A program made the position numbers and the translations under genes. A DNA stretch of 64,000 nt from contig NC_134035.1 of the NCBI RefSeq assembly GCF_964204645.1, positions 8,278,451 to 8,342,450 on the forward strand, read 5' to 3'. Below, in pieces: positions 41,639-54,692 of this stretch. Under the pieces are notes generated by a model. That model saw nothing but the letters and a program-made list of their open reading frames with translations. It had not been told where the DNA came from and ran no database searches. The stretch comes from Tubulanus polymorphus. Taxonomy: Eukaryota > Animalia > Nemertea. The first letter of the stretch is position 1. Each line of letters starts with the position of its first letter.

Positions 41639-44600
41639 ATGAGTCGTCAAACTTCAGCGAACAACAGCACAAAACAAGGCCGAAATCATGGAATTAATCA
41701 ACCAGGAGGTGAGGTTAAGATATTCATCTCTTCAGTGTATGGGAATTCTAGAGTGAAATTTGACGCCCATCAACTGAATCTTATAGGCGTAGACTAATTT
41801 TCAACTCACAACCTGAGGGCTCATAAATTAGTTTTCACTTGAACCTAGGATTAGCTTTCAATGCATAACTACACTACAGTGCTGAGTATAAATTGGCAAT
41901 GGACAATTATATCCATGTAACTATTGATTAGTAATAAAATCTTTGAAAGATGGCAGCACTAGCAATACGCGGCTGCGCAGGCTTAAAACAGAATCTTGTA
42001 TGTGACGTCGTAGATCCTCGTAGATAGCTCGTAATTTTGAATAATTTTCATTTTCAGTTCCTGTAGCTGCTAGTAATGGCAATGATTTGGCCTCTCTGTT
42101 CGAATGTCCGGTATGTTTCGATTATGCTCTTCCTCCTATTATGCAGTGTCAAAGCGGACACATCGTGTGTTCGAGTTGCCGACCGAAATTGAGCAGCTGT
42201 CCGACGTGTAGGGGACCACTAGGTGAGTGTCGAGTACAGGCAGTGATATATCCGTTTGTCCATTTCTACGATCGTCGTACCCGCACCGCTGCTGCTGGCA
42301 GGCGAGGATCGGCCAGGTTCGCTAGTGGTTACTCGGTTATCGCGCTTCAATTTCTTTTACATTTCAATTAAATTCGAATCAGCTTTTCTCTATTAGTAAA
42401 TCGATTTCCGGTAAAACTATGCCATACACTCGAATGCGTGACATCAATCTTGTATCCATTTGATGACTTGTTTGACAACATTCCCATTTGAGAGCCTTAA
42501 AAAATCCACTTCAAAGCTCATTGAAAATGAACTAATTTTCAGTACGCATAACTGAGTGTATTGTAGCGCCATCTGGTGTGTGCGGGTACTCCATTGAAGA
42601 AGAAGCCTACAATTGGGTACTGGCACTCACCAGGCGCCACAAAACACTGTCATTCGTAGTGAACATCAGTTCATTTACGATGAAATTTAATCTTTATTTT
42701 TAGACTTCCAAATCCGGAAAATTATCAAAGTCATTGAATAGTTTTCAGATTCGCTTTCTCGCGCAGTGTTTTGTATCGATTTCACTATAAATTGTTTTAC
42801 TGGTGTGAGATGTGGACGAAGTAGGGTGGACCGCACCGAAATGGAGGGGACTATAAACAAGGGGCCGAGTAAAAAAGTTTACAATCACTTGTAATATGTA
42901 CGCTATATCAGGTACTTCAATCAAAGATAGTCGAAGATGATAAAATGTTGTGAAATTCTTTGTAGGTAATATACGTAACCTGGCGATGGAGAAAGTCGCC
43001 AGTACGGTGATGTTCCCGTGTAAATACGTCAGTACTGGTTGCCCGGTGACGTTACTTCATACAGAGAAAGGCGACCACGAAGAAGGTTGCGAATTCAGGT
43101 AAACATGTCGTATTCTTACTTGCTGTGTTTTGTGTGTGTCATGTATCCTGTGTTTACATTATGCCTTTGCATATTTTTAGCCCACTTGGGATTGCATATG
43201 GTCACCAGGGGGCATTGAATAGTAGAATAACTTAGTATTTCCATATTAGATTGGAAACGAGGCATATTTTGTTATCAAAATCAATTACAAAATCGTAGCT
43301 GCTGACATGTTCTATGATTGCGGTGAGTTTCAAGGTCATTGGTTTTTGTATATGGACAGCAGGGGGCGTTGAATAGTAGAATAACTTAGTATTTCCATAT
43401 TAGATTGGTAACGAGACATATTTTGTTATCACAATCAATTATGAAATCCACGGCTGACATGTTTTATGATTGTGGTGAGTTTCAAGGTCATTGGTTTTTG
43501 TATGTGGTCACCAGGGGATGTTGAATATTGAAATTGTTAGATTGTTGAGCATTGGAAACCACTTCCCAAGTGGGCATGGTGTCCCTGGACCCCTTGTTTC
43601 ATTCAAATTGTTGTCCTTACTTCACCGATGGATATCCAGTACAATTGTGGTTACGTCATTATTTCATCAGTGACATTAAGTAGTTTTTGTAGTGTTCTCG
43701 TCGTTGTCGGTAGTACCCACTACATTTCCAATCGAGTATGATATATCTCCTTGTCCTTTAGGCCCTATGGAAATATTCATTCGCGAGGCTCATGACAGGT
43801 TACTGAAAGGGTTAATATTGAGATAGCAAAATGTTTTTCTGTGACTTCAGTTACTTGTTTGTTTTCGTTCTAAATTGACAACATGAGGTTGGGGCAATTT
43901 TCTGTTACACAATTTCGCTATAGGTGGAAAGATTTTCTCTGAATTTAGTTTTGAATATGACGTTTATAAAGATTAAAGAAGTTTACACATCCTGGGCCCA
44001 GCTTCACAAAAAGGATTAAGGCCTAATTTAAGATAAACTGAATTAATGAAGAAAATAAATTGATTAAAGAGTTAAACCTTTTTGTGAAACTGGATGTTCT
44101 GCCAATGACGTCTGCTTATGTCACAATCAATATTCATGGAAATTCTAGAATTAATACAAACACCGTGCAAACATATATGGTCATCGAGGTCATTCTCATC
44201 TGTCCGGTGGAACTCGTGTGACCACCAGGTGGCGCTGTTGTTGATGGGTTCGATAGTGACTGATGGCGCCTCCTTTGAGCAGCGAGACCTATTAATAAGA
44301 TTAATCGGTCCAATATTGGCAGATTAATTTTGAATGTCCGGCTGAAGTGATTAGTCTGTGCAGGAACTATTTAATGCTACCTATAGCAGACTTGAGTTGG
44401 CCTTTCAGATTTCTCTGTATTTTGACGCTGATTGAAGGTGCCTTCATCCCAAAACCTACGCACAAGATGAATCCATTGCTGTCACTCAATAAATAAATTC
44501 AGCTACCATTGAATAGGCCTACTCAAGACAGAGCAGGCGAACAGTACTACATAATTGGTACCATATCATCTTATGTTTGGTCAAACAATATGCCGTATAG

Positions 44601-47600
44601 GCCTCCTATCAGAGATTTTAGTCGGCGGTTTAACATCCTTTATGACCCCCTCCTGGAAAAAATCCTGGATCCACACCTGCGATGGTGCATCAATTATTTT
44701 CAATATACGAAACCTCATAAATCTTAGATCGGGAGTAAATAGATTCCGTGGAGTATTAGGTAGAATCTCTTATCTGGACATAGATGAATGGAAGTGCAAT
44801 TTATGCAATTCTGGTCACAGGGGTTTGGCGATGGGCTTGGACTTTATTTCCGGGTTGTTGATAATCTCGCGAGAATGGCGCTAAATATGAACTGCGAATA
44901 AATTCAAAATATCATAGAAATACCTTGTGTTTATATTGTTTAATTATCTTCGTAAATAACTCATTCACTGTAGGTTGAGAACATATAGAGAATTCATTTG
45001 AATGTATTGGATCGAACTTGTTGCTAACACGACCACATAGACAGATTCTTTCTTGTTGAATTTTAATTTAGATTTATCATCAGGAAGAGTTCTTTAGGAA
45101 CTTCTTTCGAGTAAAACAGGAAATGTATGCTGTATGAACGTATTTTTGTAGAATTCTTGTATCTATTTCAAGGTTAGAATAAACTTTACTTACTTACTTA
45201 CTAGATTGCGGAGCATTTCAAAGCACTTCCCAAGTGGGCATGGTGTCCAAGGACCACTGGTTCTTTTTTTCAATTTAAATGACTTTACGACGTTGGGGCC
45301 CGCATTTGTTACCTGCACGAGACGCCATTATGGAAAGATTTTCTCTGAATTTCTTATTGAATATGATGTATATGAAAAAGTTAATACATGAATTTATCAT
45401 AGAAGTAAAAGCCCCTATAGCATATAATTCTGGCCAAATTTGTCCACCGATGATGCGTTTGTATGACACGATGAATAAATATGGGAATTCTAATACAATA
45501 AACACAGTGCAAACATAAATGATCATCAAGGTCGCTTTCGCCTGTGAGTTGGGATTCGTGTTAACACCAGGTGGCGCTATTACTGATGGGTTCAACAGCG
45601 ACCGACGGCGCCTACTTTGAGCGGCGAGACAAATCAACAAGATCGTATTTGATATCGCGGTCAGCGCTATGGGCACTATGGTAAAGGAATAACGTTTGGC
45701 GAACCCCGTAATTTTGAATTTCGATATCATTTTGTCCAGACTGACGCACCCTGTATTGATGTATATCGGCATGGTGTACGACCATTCGAAAATGCTGTAC
45801 AGCAAAAAAAGAAAACAGATCGACGCGCAAAACGCGTTTAAACGGCGCGGCGTGATCGCGATCGGAGCTTTCAACGGCGAAACTATGATAATCAGACGCT
45901 CGACTTGAATTAGGACGATCACCCAGTTACGCGCGTAAAGAAACGTATCGTTCGGTATCGTTAAGGCGCGGTGCATGCGTGGAAAAATCATACGAGGTCG
46001 TTGGCCGAACACGTAACGTCCGTAGACGATGTGAAATGCTACGTACCTCAGCGTTTCGTAGGGCAGCTTGTTAATCAGGAACGCGATCTCGACGACGGCC
46101 AGGATCCGAAGCGCGTTGACCGATCGGTGCGTCGCGCGCAGACGACCCAATACGACGATCGTGATCGCGTTCAGAGCTATGCCGACGACGCAAAGCGGGC
46201 CCATACCGTAAACCTTGATCTGGTAGCGAACGTATTCTTTCCATACGAACTTCGGTTCCGGACACGGCGAAATTCTCGACGAGTTTTCGTTCGCCATTTT
46301 GTAGTATCGGTCGAGTCGCTTGTCATTCCGAGTCGGTTACTGTATCCGTTCAACATCGGCTTCTATCGTTCGTTTCAACGCGCGATCAACTCGACACAAT
46401 GATGGCACTCTCCGTAACTAGGGAAGATCGAGTCAAATTCAATTGATGAATTGAATTATGCGATAATGTAGCTCGTAGATTTTCAAAATTGGCGCCTAAT
46501 CATAGTAAATGTATGAACTGCTAGTAGCTGAATGGAAATAAGTTTTATCATTTTCTATTTCTACTCGTGATATAATTCTGTGAGTTGTCGACTGATTTGT
46601 ATTTTAAAATTTTGTATGAAATATGAATTTACGTCTGTACAAAGCTAAGGCGGCCGTAAATTGTGAATTCATTAGTGTTAGCATCGTGCTGCATTTCACC
46701 CAACCGCCCCAGGAGAGGGATAGGGAGAGAGAAATCCCGAGGAGAGACAGAAGTGTCCCTCCTCTAAACGTTCCCACTCCCTCACTTTTTGAGATTATTT
46801 GATAAATGCTGTAAAACCCGATAAGTCGAGATGATAAACAATATCCATGTATGATGAATAACGAGAGAAATCCCACAATAGATTCAGCAAAAATTGAAAA
46901 CTTCTATATTAAAATGATATCTATATTTCGAGCTATGTTTCGGCTAAATACTAGCCGTCATCAGGGCGTACTGATGATGGCTTATTTAAAGTATTTAGCT
47001 GAAACGTTGCTCATTTTTGGCTGAATTTATTTTGGGATTTCTCTTGTTGCTAAGAAACCTGTTTGCAACACCAAATGTGTTGACGCTAAGAATCGGAGAA
47101 TCGGAAGTCATCAAACAGTGACATGAATCAAATAGTTGATATGAATCAAGTTTAAAAGTTAAAATCAAGATTAATTACAGAATTGAAATGAGTTAAAACA
47201 TTTATTTTTCGAGAATTAAGATCAAAATTCACAAATTTTGATCTCTCACTAAGGATTCTAGAGACCTGACGACGATCGCTAATCAGTGTTTGAAACGTCG
47301 TATATTTTGAGTACATATAGTGGGCTTAAACTTATTATCCGTTCTCCAAGTTAGAGTGTAGCTTTTCTCTAACACGATGACACAATGATTCGTTTATGTT
47401 TTTCAGACCATACAGCTGTCCATGTCCGGGTGCCTCGTGTAAGTGGCACGGCTCACTCGAACAAGTCATGCCCCACCTAATGCATTCCCACAAAAGCATT
47501 ACGACTCTACAAGGTAAACTTCCTCTTCCTCTTGTATAAAGCTCGTCGTTGTGAACTCAATTCCATTGAATTCACGCGCAGCAACATGCTGTGAGTGATG

Positions 47601-48946
47601 TAATGTTTTATTGAATCTACGATATAACTCGCTTTATTCGCATCGGTTTTATTCGCATTTCCATGTATTTCTGACTAATCAGAAAAAAGTGTCAGGAATG
47701 TATTTTGCTTAAAACGTGTTCACTGCCGAAATGATCATACGGTGCCGACCTGAATTGCCACTATGAGTATACGTACAAGGGTGCGGTGTGGGCGAGTGGT
47801 TAGAGCGTTCGACTCTGAGAACCCAGGGCCCAGTTCCATAGTCATGGCTTCGACTTAAGACCAATTTAAGACCATCTTAGTTCTATAACCAATCTAACAA
47901 CTTAAGACCAGTCTTGAAATTTAAGACCATTTTTGGACTTAAGTCTCAACTGAGGAACCAGCACCAGGTCACTCCCGCAATGTCCCCGGGCGAGACATTT
48001 TTCCTCATTGCCTCTCTCCACCTGAGAGTAAATGGGTACCTGGCCTGATAGATCAAATGACACTACGATGGATAAATGACACTATTATTATCATTGTCAT
48101 TTTCTGATAACCTGATTGTTTTTCTCTATTCGCAGGTGAAGATATAGTATTTTTAGCAACGGATATTAATTTGCCCGGCGCTGTCGATTGGGTGATGATG
48201 CAGTCATGTTTCGGTCACCATTTCATGTTAGTACTTGAGAAACAGGAGAAATTCGAAGCGCAGATGTTTTACGCAATCGTACAGCTGATTGGCACGCGTA
48301 AACAAGCTGAAAACTTCGCTTATCGGTACGTAAGCCCGACCCCCCCCCCCTAGGCAGTTGTGCCGCTGACATCGGTACCAAATTCTGGTAAACAGGGAAA
48401 ACACAGGGAATTCGATGAAACTGTGGAAAACATAGGGAAATGGTGTTTATTTTTCCCGCAAAATGTTTTATGGTTTTCATACCTGTCATCAGAAATTAAC
48501 AACTTCATAATCTTCTTTTCATGCTGACAATTTTAAAAATTCCTATTAAGACATATCAGCTGAAAGTCGAAATATTTACCCGGCTAGCTTACTACTTGGG
48601 TCTGTTGAGATAACAACTCTGGTCTTTCCTACAGCTATTTATCAGAACGCAAGGAAAGTTCTGCTTTTACCGGGAAAACATGGGGAATTTAGGAGTCGAT
48701 TGATTGTGGTCAGTTCCCCCGAAAACCTAAACAACGAAAAACGTTTTTCCACTTTCGTTCGATTTCAGGTTGGAATTAAACGGACACCGACGACGCCTGA
48801 CGTGGGAAGCTACACCGCGCAGTATTCACGACGGCGTACAGGTCGCCATCGCTAACAGCGACTGCCTCGTATTCGACACGAACATTGCGCAATTATTTGC
48901 CGACAATGGCAACCTTGGAATCAACGTCACCATATCGATCACGTGA
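41639..48946 (+). CDS. SIAH1: Seven-in-absentia (Siah) E3 ubiquitin ligase (6 coding exons, ~280 aa)
   Basis: Exons 41639-41708, 42058-42222, 42966-43098, 47407-47513, 48136-48325 and 48769-48946 (843 nt, in frame). MSRQT start, [64 protein letters not shown]. Confidence 0.97.
43195..43530. repeat. ~150-bp tandem duplication (about 2.3 units) in Siah intron 3
   Basis: GGGGGCrTTGAATAGTAGAATAACTTAGTATTTCCATATTAGATTGG repeated at ~43208 and ~43361. Confidence 0.85.
43870..45050 (-). pseudogene. Decayed paralogue of the nested GPCR, interrupted by a MITE (~43991-44095)
   Basis: 44140-44320 aligns to 45485-45665 (CACCAGGTGGCGCT..TGATGGGTTC..GGCGCCT.CTTTGAGC.GCGAGAC); 43925-43970 aligns to 45331-45375; reading frame broken. 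Confidence 0.75.
45275..46297 (-). CDS. Intronless class A GPCR (FMRFamide-receptor-like orphan), nested antisense in Siah intron 3
   Basis: Seven hydrophobic helices; [48 protein letters not shown]. Confidence 0.92.
   Translation of the reverse strand: MANENSSRISPCPEPKFVWKEYVRYQIKVYGMGPLCVVGIALNAITIVVLGRLRATHRSVNALRILAVVEIAFLINKLPYETLRYVAFHIVYGRYVFGQRPRMIFPRMHRALTIPNDTFLYARNWVIVLIQVERLIIIVSPLKAPIAITPRRLNAFCASICFLFLLYSIFEWSYTMPIYINTGCVSLDKMISKFKITGFAKRYSFTIVPIALTAISNTILLICLAAQSRRRRSLLNPSVIAPPGVNTNPNSQAKATLMIIYVCTVFIVLEFPYLFIVSYKRIIGGQIWPELYAIGAFTSMINSCINFFIYIIFNKKFRENLSIMASRAGNKCGPQRRKVI
46861..47050. ncRNA. Back-to-back pair of Penelope-type hammerhead-like motifs within an inverted repeat
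   Basis: Minus 46930-46967: gccCTGATGAcggctagtatttagccGAAACata. Plus 46968-47012: taCTGATGAtggct..agctGAAACGTTgc. Flanks 46861-46895 and 47012-47048 are inverted; same family as 17030-17140. Confidence 0.65.
47779..48045 (+). mobile_element. tRNA-derived SINE with a Harbinger-like MITE inserted (47823-47968)
   Basis: A-box-like head GTGGGCGAGTGGTTAGAGCG; body TGTCCCCGGGCGAGACA..TGCCTCTCTCCACC..GTAAATGGGTACC; the MITE is flanked by CAG. Confidence 0.65.
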
Positions 48947-51900
48947 TCGGGGGACGCGAGAGAACACGTCGCGCGCGGAGGAGAATATTCGCGTTTTATT
49001 GAACCGAGTTGATGGCGCATTCGTACGGCGGTAAACCGCGCCTTACTCAGTATCATTACACGGTTCATTGGGAGCCTTCATAGTTTTCTTTAACCCTTTC
49101 AGTGCATTTACACCGCAGTGCGGTGTATAAATCGGGATGACTTCGCTAGTACGCCGCTTTGAAGTGTATAGATGTTATTAGCAATTAGTTTTTGTCTCGA
49201 AGATAAAGATGGCAGCACCTGTCAAACATAGTGAAATATCAGTAACTAATGATACACCGCACTGCGATGTAGACACAATAAAGCGGTATGCCCCTTATTC
49301 AACTCACTGGGTGGAATTTTTATAAATTTTCAAATTATCTATAGAATTTTCGGGTATAAATTAGTCGGCTTTGAAATGGCAAGAGTGCTTGCTTTTGAAA
49401 AAATTTTGTTAGGCCCTTTAAAAGTGCTTACTTTACAGTAGACTCTAACCGTGGTGGCAGGCAGTGCTGCGACCTGCAAATTAAGGCAGTTCAACCGATC
49501 CACTGATACCGAGTAAGGCGGAGTCAACTGTTGAATGTATAGAGATATATAGTTCATGACTGTTGTTGAATAATGGCGCTAACTTAGTTTTAAAATTGTA
49601 CAGTAGACAGTAGACTCAGCTCCAGACGGTTAACCATTCAACTCGGATATTTGTTAACATTTTTTCTGACGCTTTTCATGAATTTATTCGTTCTCGGGCT
49701 TAATTTACGAGACTCTTATTTTCGTTCTGTCCGTCTGTCGTTCAGCATCTTCGTTAATGATGGGTCGATCTTGATGAAACTCGAATACAATGTTAGTATG
49801 TGGGTCTAGTCGTGCAGTGAAGAGAATAGGCCCAGTGCGCCACCTAGCGGCAGAACTAGGCACTAAAAACTCTGCGATATTACCTCGAAGATGACCTCAT
49901 AACTAAAGAATGAGGTCGAAATTCAAAAAGTGGTCTCGACAAAATTTTGCTGTTGGCCATAGATATAACATGGAGAATGCAATGGGAATGAATGTATTAT
50001 AGGAATTTCAGATTTCAAAAGTTGTCCTCATGCAGACATCAGTGACAACGGATTCCATCCTGAGCCCGAGAACCATTGTTGCCTATAGCTTGTATACATA
50101 CCATCCAATTCTGGTGTCACTCAAAATGGACATATTTCTATGGTTTGATAAAATCCGACTTGTGGAGCGTAGAGAGTCTACTGTAGTTATTTCTATGATC
50201 GGTTAGTCGCGATGCTATCCGGATTTTGTGAGGTGTTTTTACGAACGCCGATGTAAGATTGAGGTATATATCGATGATGTGATGACATACACAGGGTGCT
50301 AGACGGTGTATCTTCTTATCGTCTGCCGAGAGAATATCTAGAGATATTTATTACCATTGCGGCGTTCTTTTCTCTCTCCTACAATGACCGTACGGGGAGA
50401 GGTAAATAGCAGATATGTACTAAGAATTATTACGGATATATAAAATAATGAACCGATGGTAACTGAATTTAAGTTAGTCGGTTATTTTGACACTTGTATA
50501 GAATGATGAAAATGAATAGTATTTTTCTGTGTATTCCTGACAGGTCTATACGTGTACATATATAGTACATGATATACTTGTCGAGCTTCTCGGGAGTTTC
50601 GTGTAATGTAGACACTTTGTAATGTATACTCCAGATTCGATTCATTGAGCTTTTATAACGTGTAAACCTGGTACTATAGATAAATTTATATATTGATTAC
50701 CGATTTTGTATTGCTCGACTAATGTCAAAAAGGTCACCACCGGACGAAAATTACATTGTGAAGTTATTGTAACGTTGGTACGGTAGACTATGTTTGCCTC
50801 GGATCTTGCGGGACTGTTAGATTTTCTCTGCGACATGCGAATTCTGGGGTAGTCGCAGCAGAGATTAACGCTATGAATTGAAGTAAAACGATTCGTAATA
50901 TTTGTTATCCGAGGCATGCGATTATCCGAGGCAATCTACTCTATAAATGAGTCTATCGTATTATTTCTTTATTCACAGATCATATTTGGATATTGCGTTG
51001 TGTTTGTTGATGGTTTTATCGGCTGTAGCATCCGGTTCCGCGTTTGTAAGTCGGACACTTGCTGTCAACTATGAGATATCTCATACTCTCAGTTCCTTCT
51101 CGTTCGTTATTTGATATTTGTGTTATGGCGATCGCGATGACGTGGTTTCCTTATTGTCTGATGGCAGTGTTAAAAAATCCTGCTCAATTGTCGACACTCG
51201 TCGGCCGATTTCAGCCGGTAGCCCGTTTGTCTGCTATTAGATAACTGATAGTAGAAGCAGCTAAGACGGATGATTGAGGGAGTTGATATGTTGAATATCT
51301 GAAATAGATTGAAAAAGCGAACTGATTTTTGACGCTAATGAGATTTACAATTGTCGGAAGTAGTTGTTGTTAAAATAGGAGCTACATTTATTTGATTAAT
51401 TTCTTCTTTTTTTTTGCGTTGAACAATGTTGTTTTATTCTTTTTTGCTGATAAGTGTATCTTTTTTTTTAGGACAACAGCAAAACCCATTTATATCACGT
51501 ATACTCTTCTTCTGCTATCTCATTATATTGATGATAAATGCAGTACATAAAAAGTGGCTACATGTACGATAATATGTCGAGATAAAAGTACATTCCGTTT
51601 TTTTTTTTAATGGCAATCAAGATGGCTTATTTTGCTGATGAAGCTCTACATGTTTTGAGGCCCCGATGTGTTCTTATTTTTGCTTCCGCCACAAAGACTG
51701 TCGCAGTTTTAAGCCTAGCTCGGGTCGACTAATGACTAGATCATTGTAAGAACAGCGGTAGTAAACACGTCACCGCTGATTTGTTTGTCTCACGATCTTC
51801 AGAACACTCGGGTCGACTACGACGCGATCATCCCAGAGTTTCACGGTTTGTTGACTCGCCATTTTGAACGCTCGATTTCACGTAACGCAATACTCGTCGC

Positions 51901-53209
51901 TAATTCCCTACTATGTTAAGATCAGTCGTGGAAAGTAGAACTTGTTCTACCCTTACGATTCCACTTACTATCGGTCTGTATAAGTGAAAGGCTGAATCGA
52001 AGAACATGTCTCGCACTTTTGAGCCCAAACGTCTACTTTTACTTAGTAGCCACTAAAGAACAATAAGCAATTAACGATATCGGCTACTTTTCCAGTAGTA
52101 GCTACTTTCCATGTTCTTGGATTCAGCCTTTCAAGTGCACTCACGTCGAAAAGGTTCTGACTGCTTACGGTCCAACGTATTTTAGTCGATCTGAATTAGG
52201 CTTTAGAGAAGTTGATCGTTCTCATATCGCGAGGGATTACGATCCGCGTAGAATCTTGAATTAGTTTTTGACGTTTTTAGTAAAACGTTTCCGGTATCAT
52301 TAACATTCTATTTAGTACGTACAGTAGAGTCTTCGACTCGAATCAAGTTACAAGCTCTAATTATTACTAAAACTCATACAAGTGCCATAGAATATGAACG
52401 AAGATACCATCGTCTAAGTCATTACCGAACAAAAATCACCGGTCTCCTGGTTTATTTGAGTTATGAGTCGTGATCACACGAGAGTTTTTGACGCGGATCA
52501 TGGCTGGTGCCAAATCGGTCCGTGCCTGCTTGACAAGGGATGGCAAAAAATGGCCCCACCCGAAAATGTCTGAACCAGGCGTGTATCGAATTCTAGTACG
52601 CGCCATTATTCCGTGTGAATGCTGACTGGTTCTGGTATTGACTCGCCACGTACCGCGGGAGATCAGTAACCGGTAAGTGATTTACTTGCGAATGCGCTCT
52701 CTAATTTGGCTCGGTCTGACTCGGACCTAGTCCGGGCCAAATCGTCTCGGTGTGATCGCAGCTATTGTGAGCCTACTGTACGTACTAAATGTACATGTAT
52801 ATACTGTATACCAATGCCACAGGGTTTTTTACACAATGCAGCTTTGCAGCATTCCGTAGACGTAGATACAGATGCTATTTTTCTTTACGTACGTATGTAA
52901 TTAGCTTTCCTTTATTTGAAGCCCTCGAGAAAATTTTGTATGCAATGCTGAGAAGATTCGTAGAGAAGCCGTGTTAACCCGGTGTAGAATAAATAGGAGA
53001 CTAGAAGTACTTTAAAGGTCGACTAGTTTATTGGATGCGCGAGCTTTCGCTACTAATGTATTGTAGCTTCATCTGGTAAATGACTCATTCATGTGATGAA
53101 GCTACTATACATTAGTGGTGAAAGCTCGGGCGTCAAATAAAGTAGTTAACCTATTGGTCTCGTATTTAGATAATGCTGTAAGCTTGGAAATATTGTATAT
53201 CGATGTCGA

Positions 53210-53345
53210 CCTGGGGCCAGTTGCTCGAAAGTTGGTTAAAGATAACCGGTCGTTAAATACCATAGTAACAATGAAATTTCAATCGTCACCATATCAACTA
53301 TCCACTGTGGTTAACTCTAACCAACTTTTGAGCAACCGGCCCCTG
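53210..53345. mobile_element. Harbinger-like MITE
   Basis: CTG-GGGCCAGTTGCTCGAAAGTTGGTTA...TAACCAACTTTTGAGCAACCGGCCC-CTG. Confidence 0.75.
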
Positions 53346-54089
53346 ATTTTTATGCGCGAATTGAAATGAATCGAGTAAATATTGACGCTCTAATTTATGA
53401 CTGATAATCTCGGACACATTGTCTGTAAATACGAATCGAATGATTATTTAAGATTGTTTGTACCGATTTGGACCCGAATGCGCCGTTGCGAGTCGGAAGC
53501 CAGTTGATGAAAGCCGGTTCATGTGTGGATAATATTGACATACTCATTTCTCGCGAGGTGTATTCCTCTCTTGAGGAGTAAAGATTAGTCAATTTTCTAT
53601 GTTTTGATCTGGAGTCAATTTTAACCCAGAACTGTGTTCCCGCGTTGTTACTACACGGTATTTAGCCGATGGTTAACGTTGACTTATTTTTGGGCAAAAC
53701 AGCCCGGAACTCTATATCCTTTCTACCCGTGTGTGCCTATAAAGTGTCTGCTTTCGTGTGTGTGTCAATTATATGTTTGTAATTCACATAGGTGTATGTA
53801 GTGGCGATGTTTCCAAAACACTGCCTTCAGATCGGATGGCTCGGGGTCCTGAAGTCGTCGGTTCACTTTGGTGAAATGTATTAATTGATTTGTGTTTCGC
53901 TTTAAGCAAGTATCTGATGTTAAATTACCCATCCCTTCAGATGACAGTCTGACTTTAGATACCTACTGGGGGTCAGTCAAAAACTGCCATGCATTTTTAG
54001 ATAGAGATTGCTCGGACCAGACTGTAGAGCTGGTGAAGTGTTGATGATCGGTTTTTGTAACATCAATTGTCTAATTGGGTGGGCATGGA

Positions 54090-54252
54090 CAACTTATTGT
54101 CTGAGTGGTGGGTACAGACAGCAGATTGTCTGAGGGGGTGCAGGGTACGAATGGCAGAATGTCTGAGGGGTGGGTACAGACAGCAGATTGTCTGAGGGGG
54201 TGCAGGGTACAGACAGTAAATTGTCTGAGGGGTGGGTACAGACAGCAGATTG
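54090..54252. repeat. Second, short array of the 33-bp minisatellite
   Basis: Same unit as 40925-41515, with shorter variant units. Confidence 0.9.
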
Positions 54253-54611
54253 ACAGCTATATATGATATAGCTGCAGCTATCAATTCTAGCTTATTCGTT
54301 TTCGAGTTCGTGGCGCATCATTTCAACTATTTAAACTATTTAAGATGACTTGATCCGTGAAACGCGTCGATAAACGATGATAGACTTGACTTGATAGAAA
54401 AATCTCGCGCTAAAAAATATCGAATAGTTTTAATCGAAATTCTTAGTGCGGCATTGCTTATATTTATATATATATATTAGTTACTGCAATACATAAAGCT
54501 GTTTAATATTTATGTTTCATATCACGTCTAGATTTATATTCACGATGCTCCAAACATAGCTTTCATATATGTATCATTATGTTTTGTATATTTTGTTGAC
54601 CAATCCTGTGC

Positions 54612-54688
<77 letters not shown>

Positions 54689-54692
54689 ATAT
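54612..54692. repeat. (AT)n microsatellite
   Basis: Directly visible. Confidence 0.95.
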
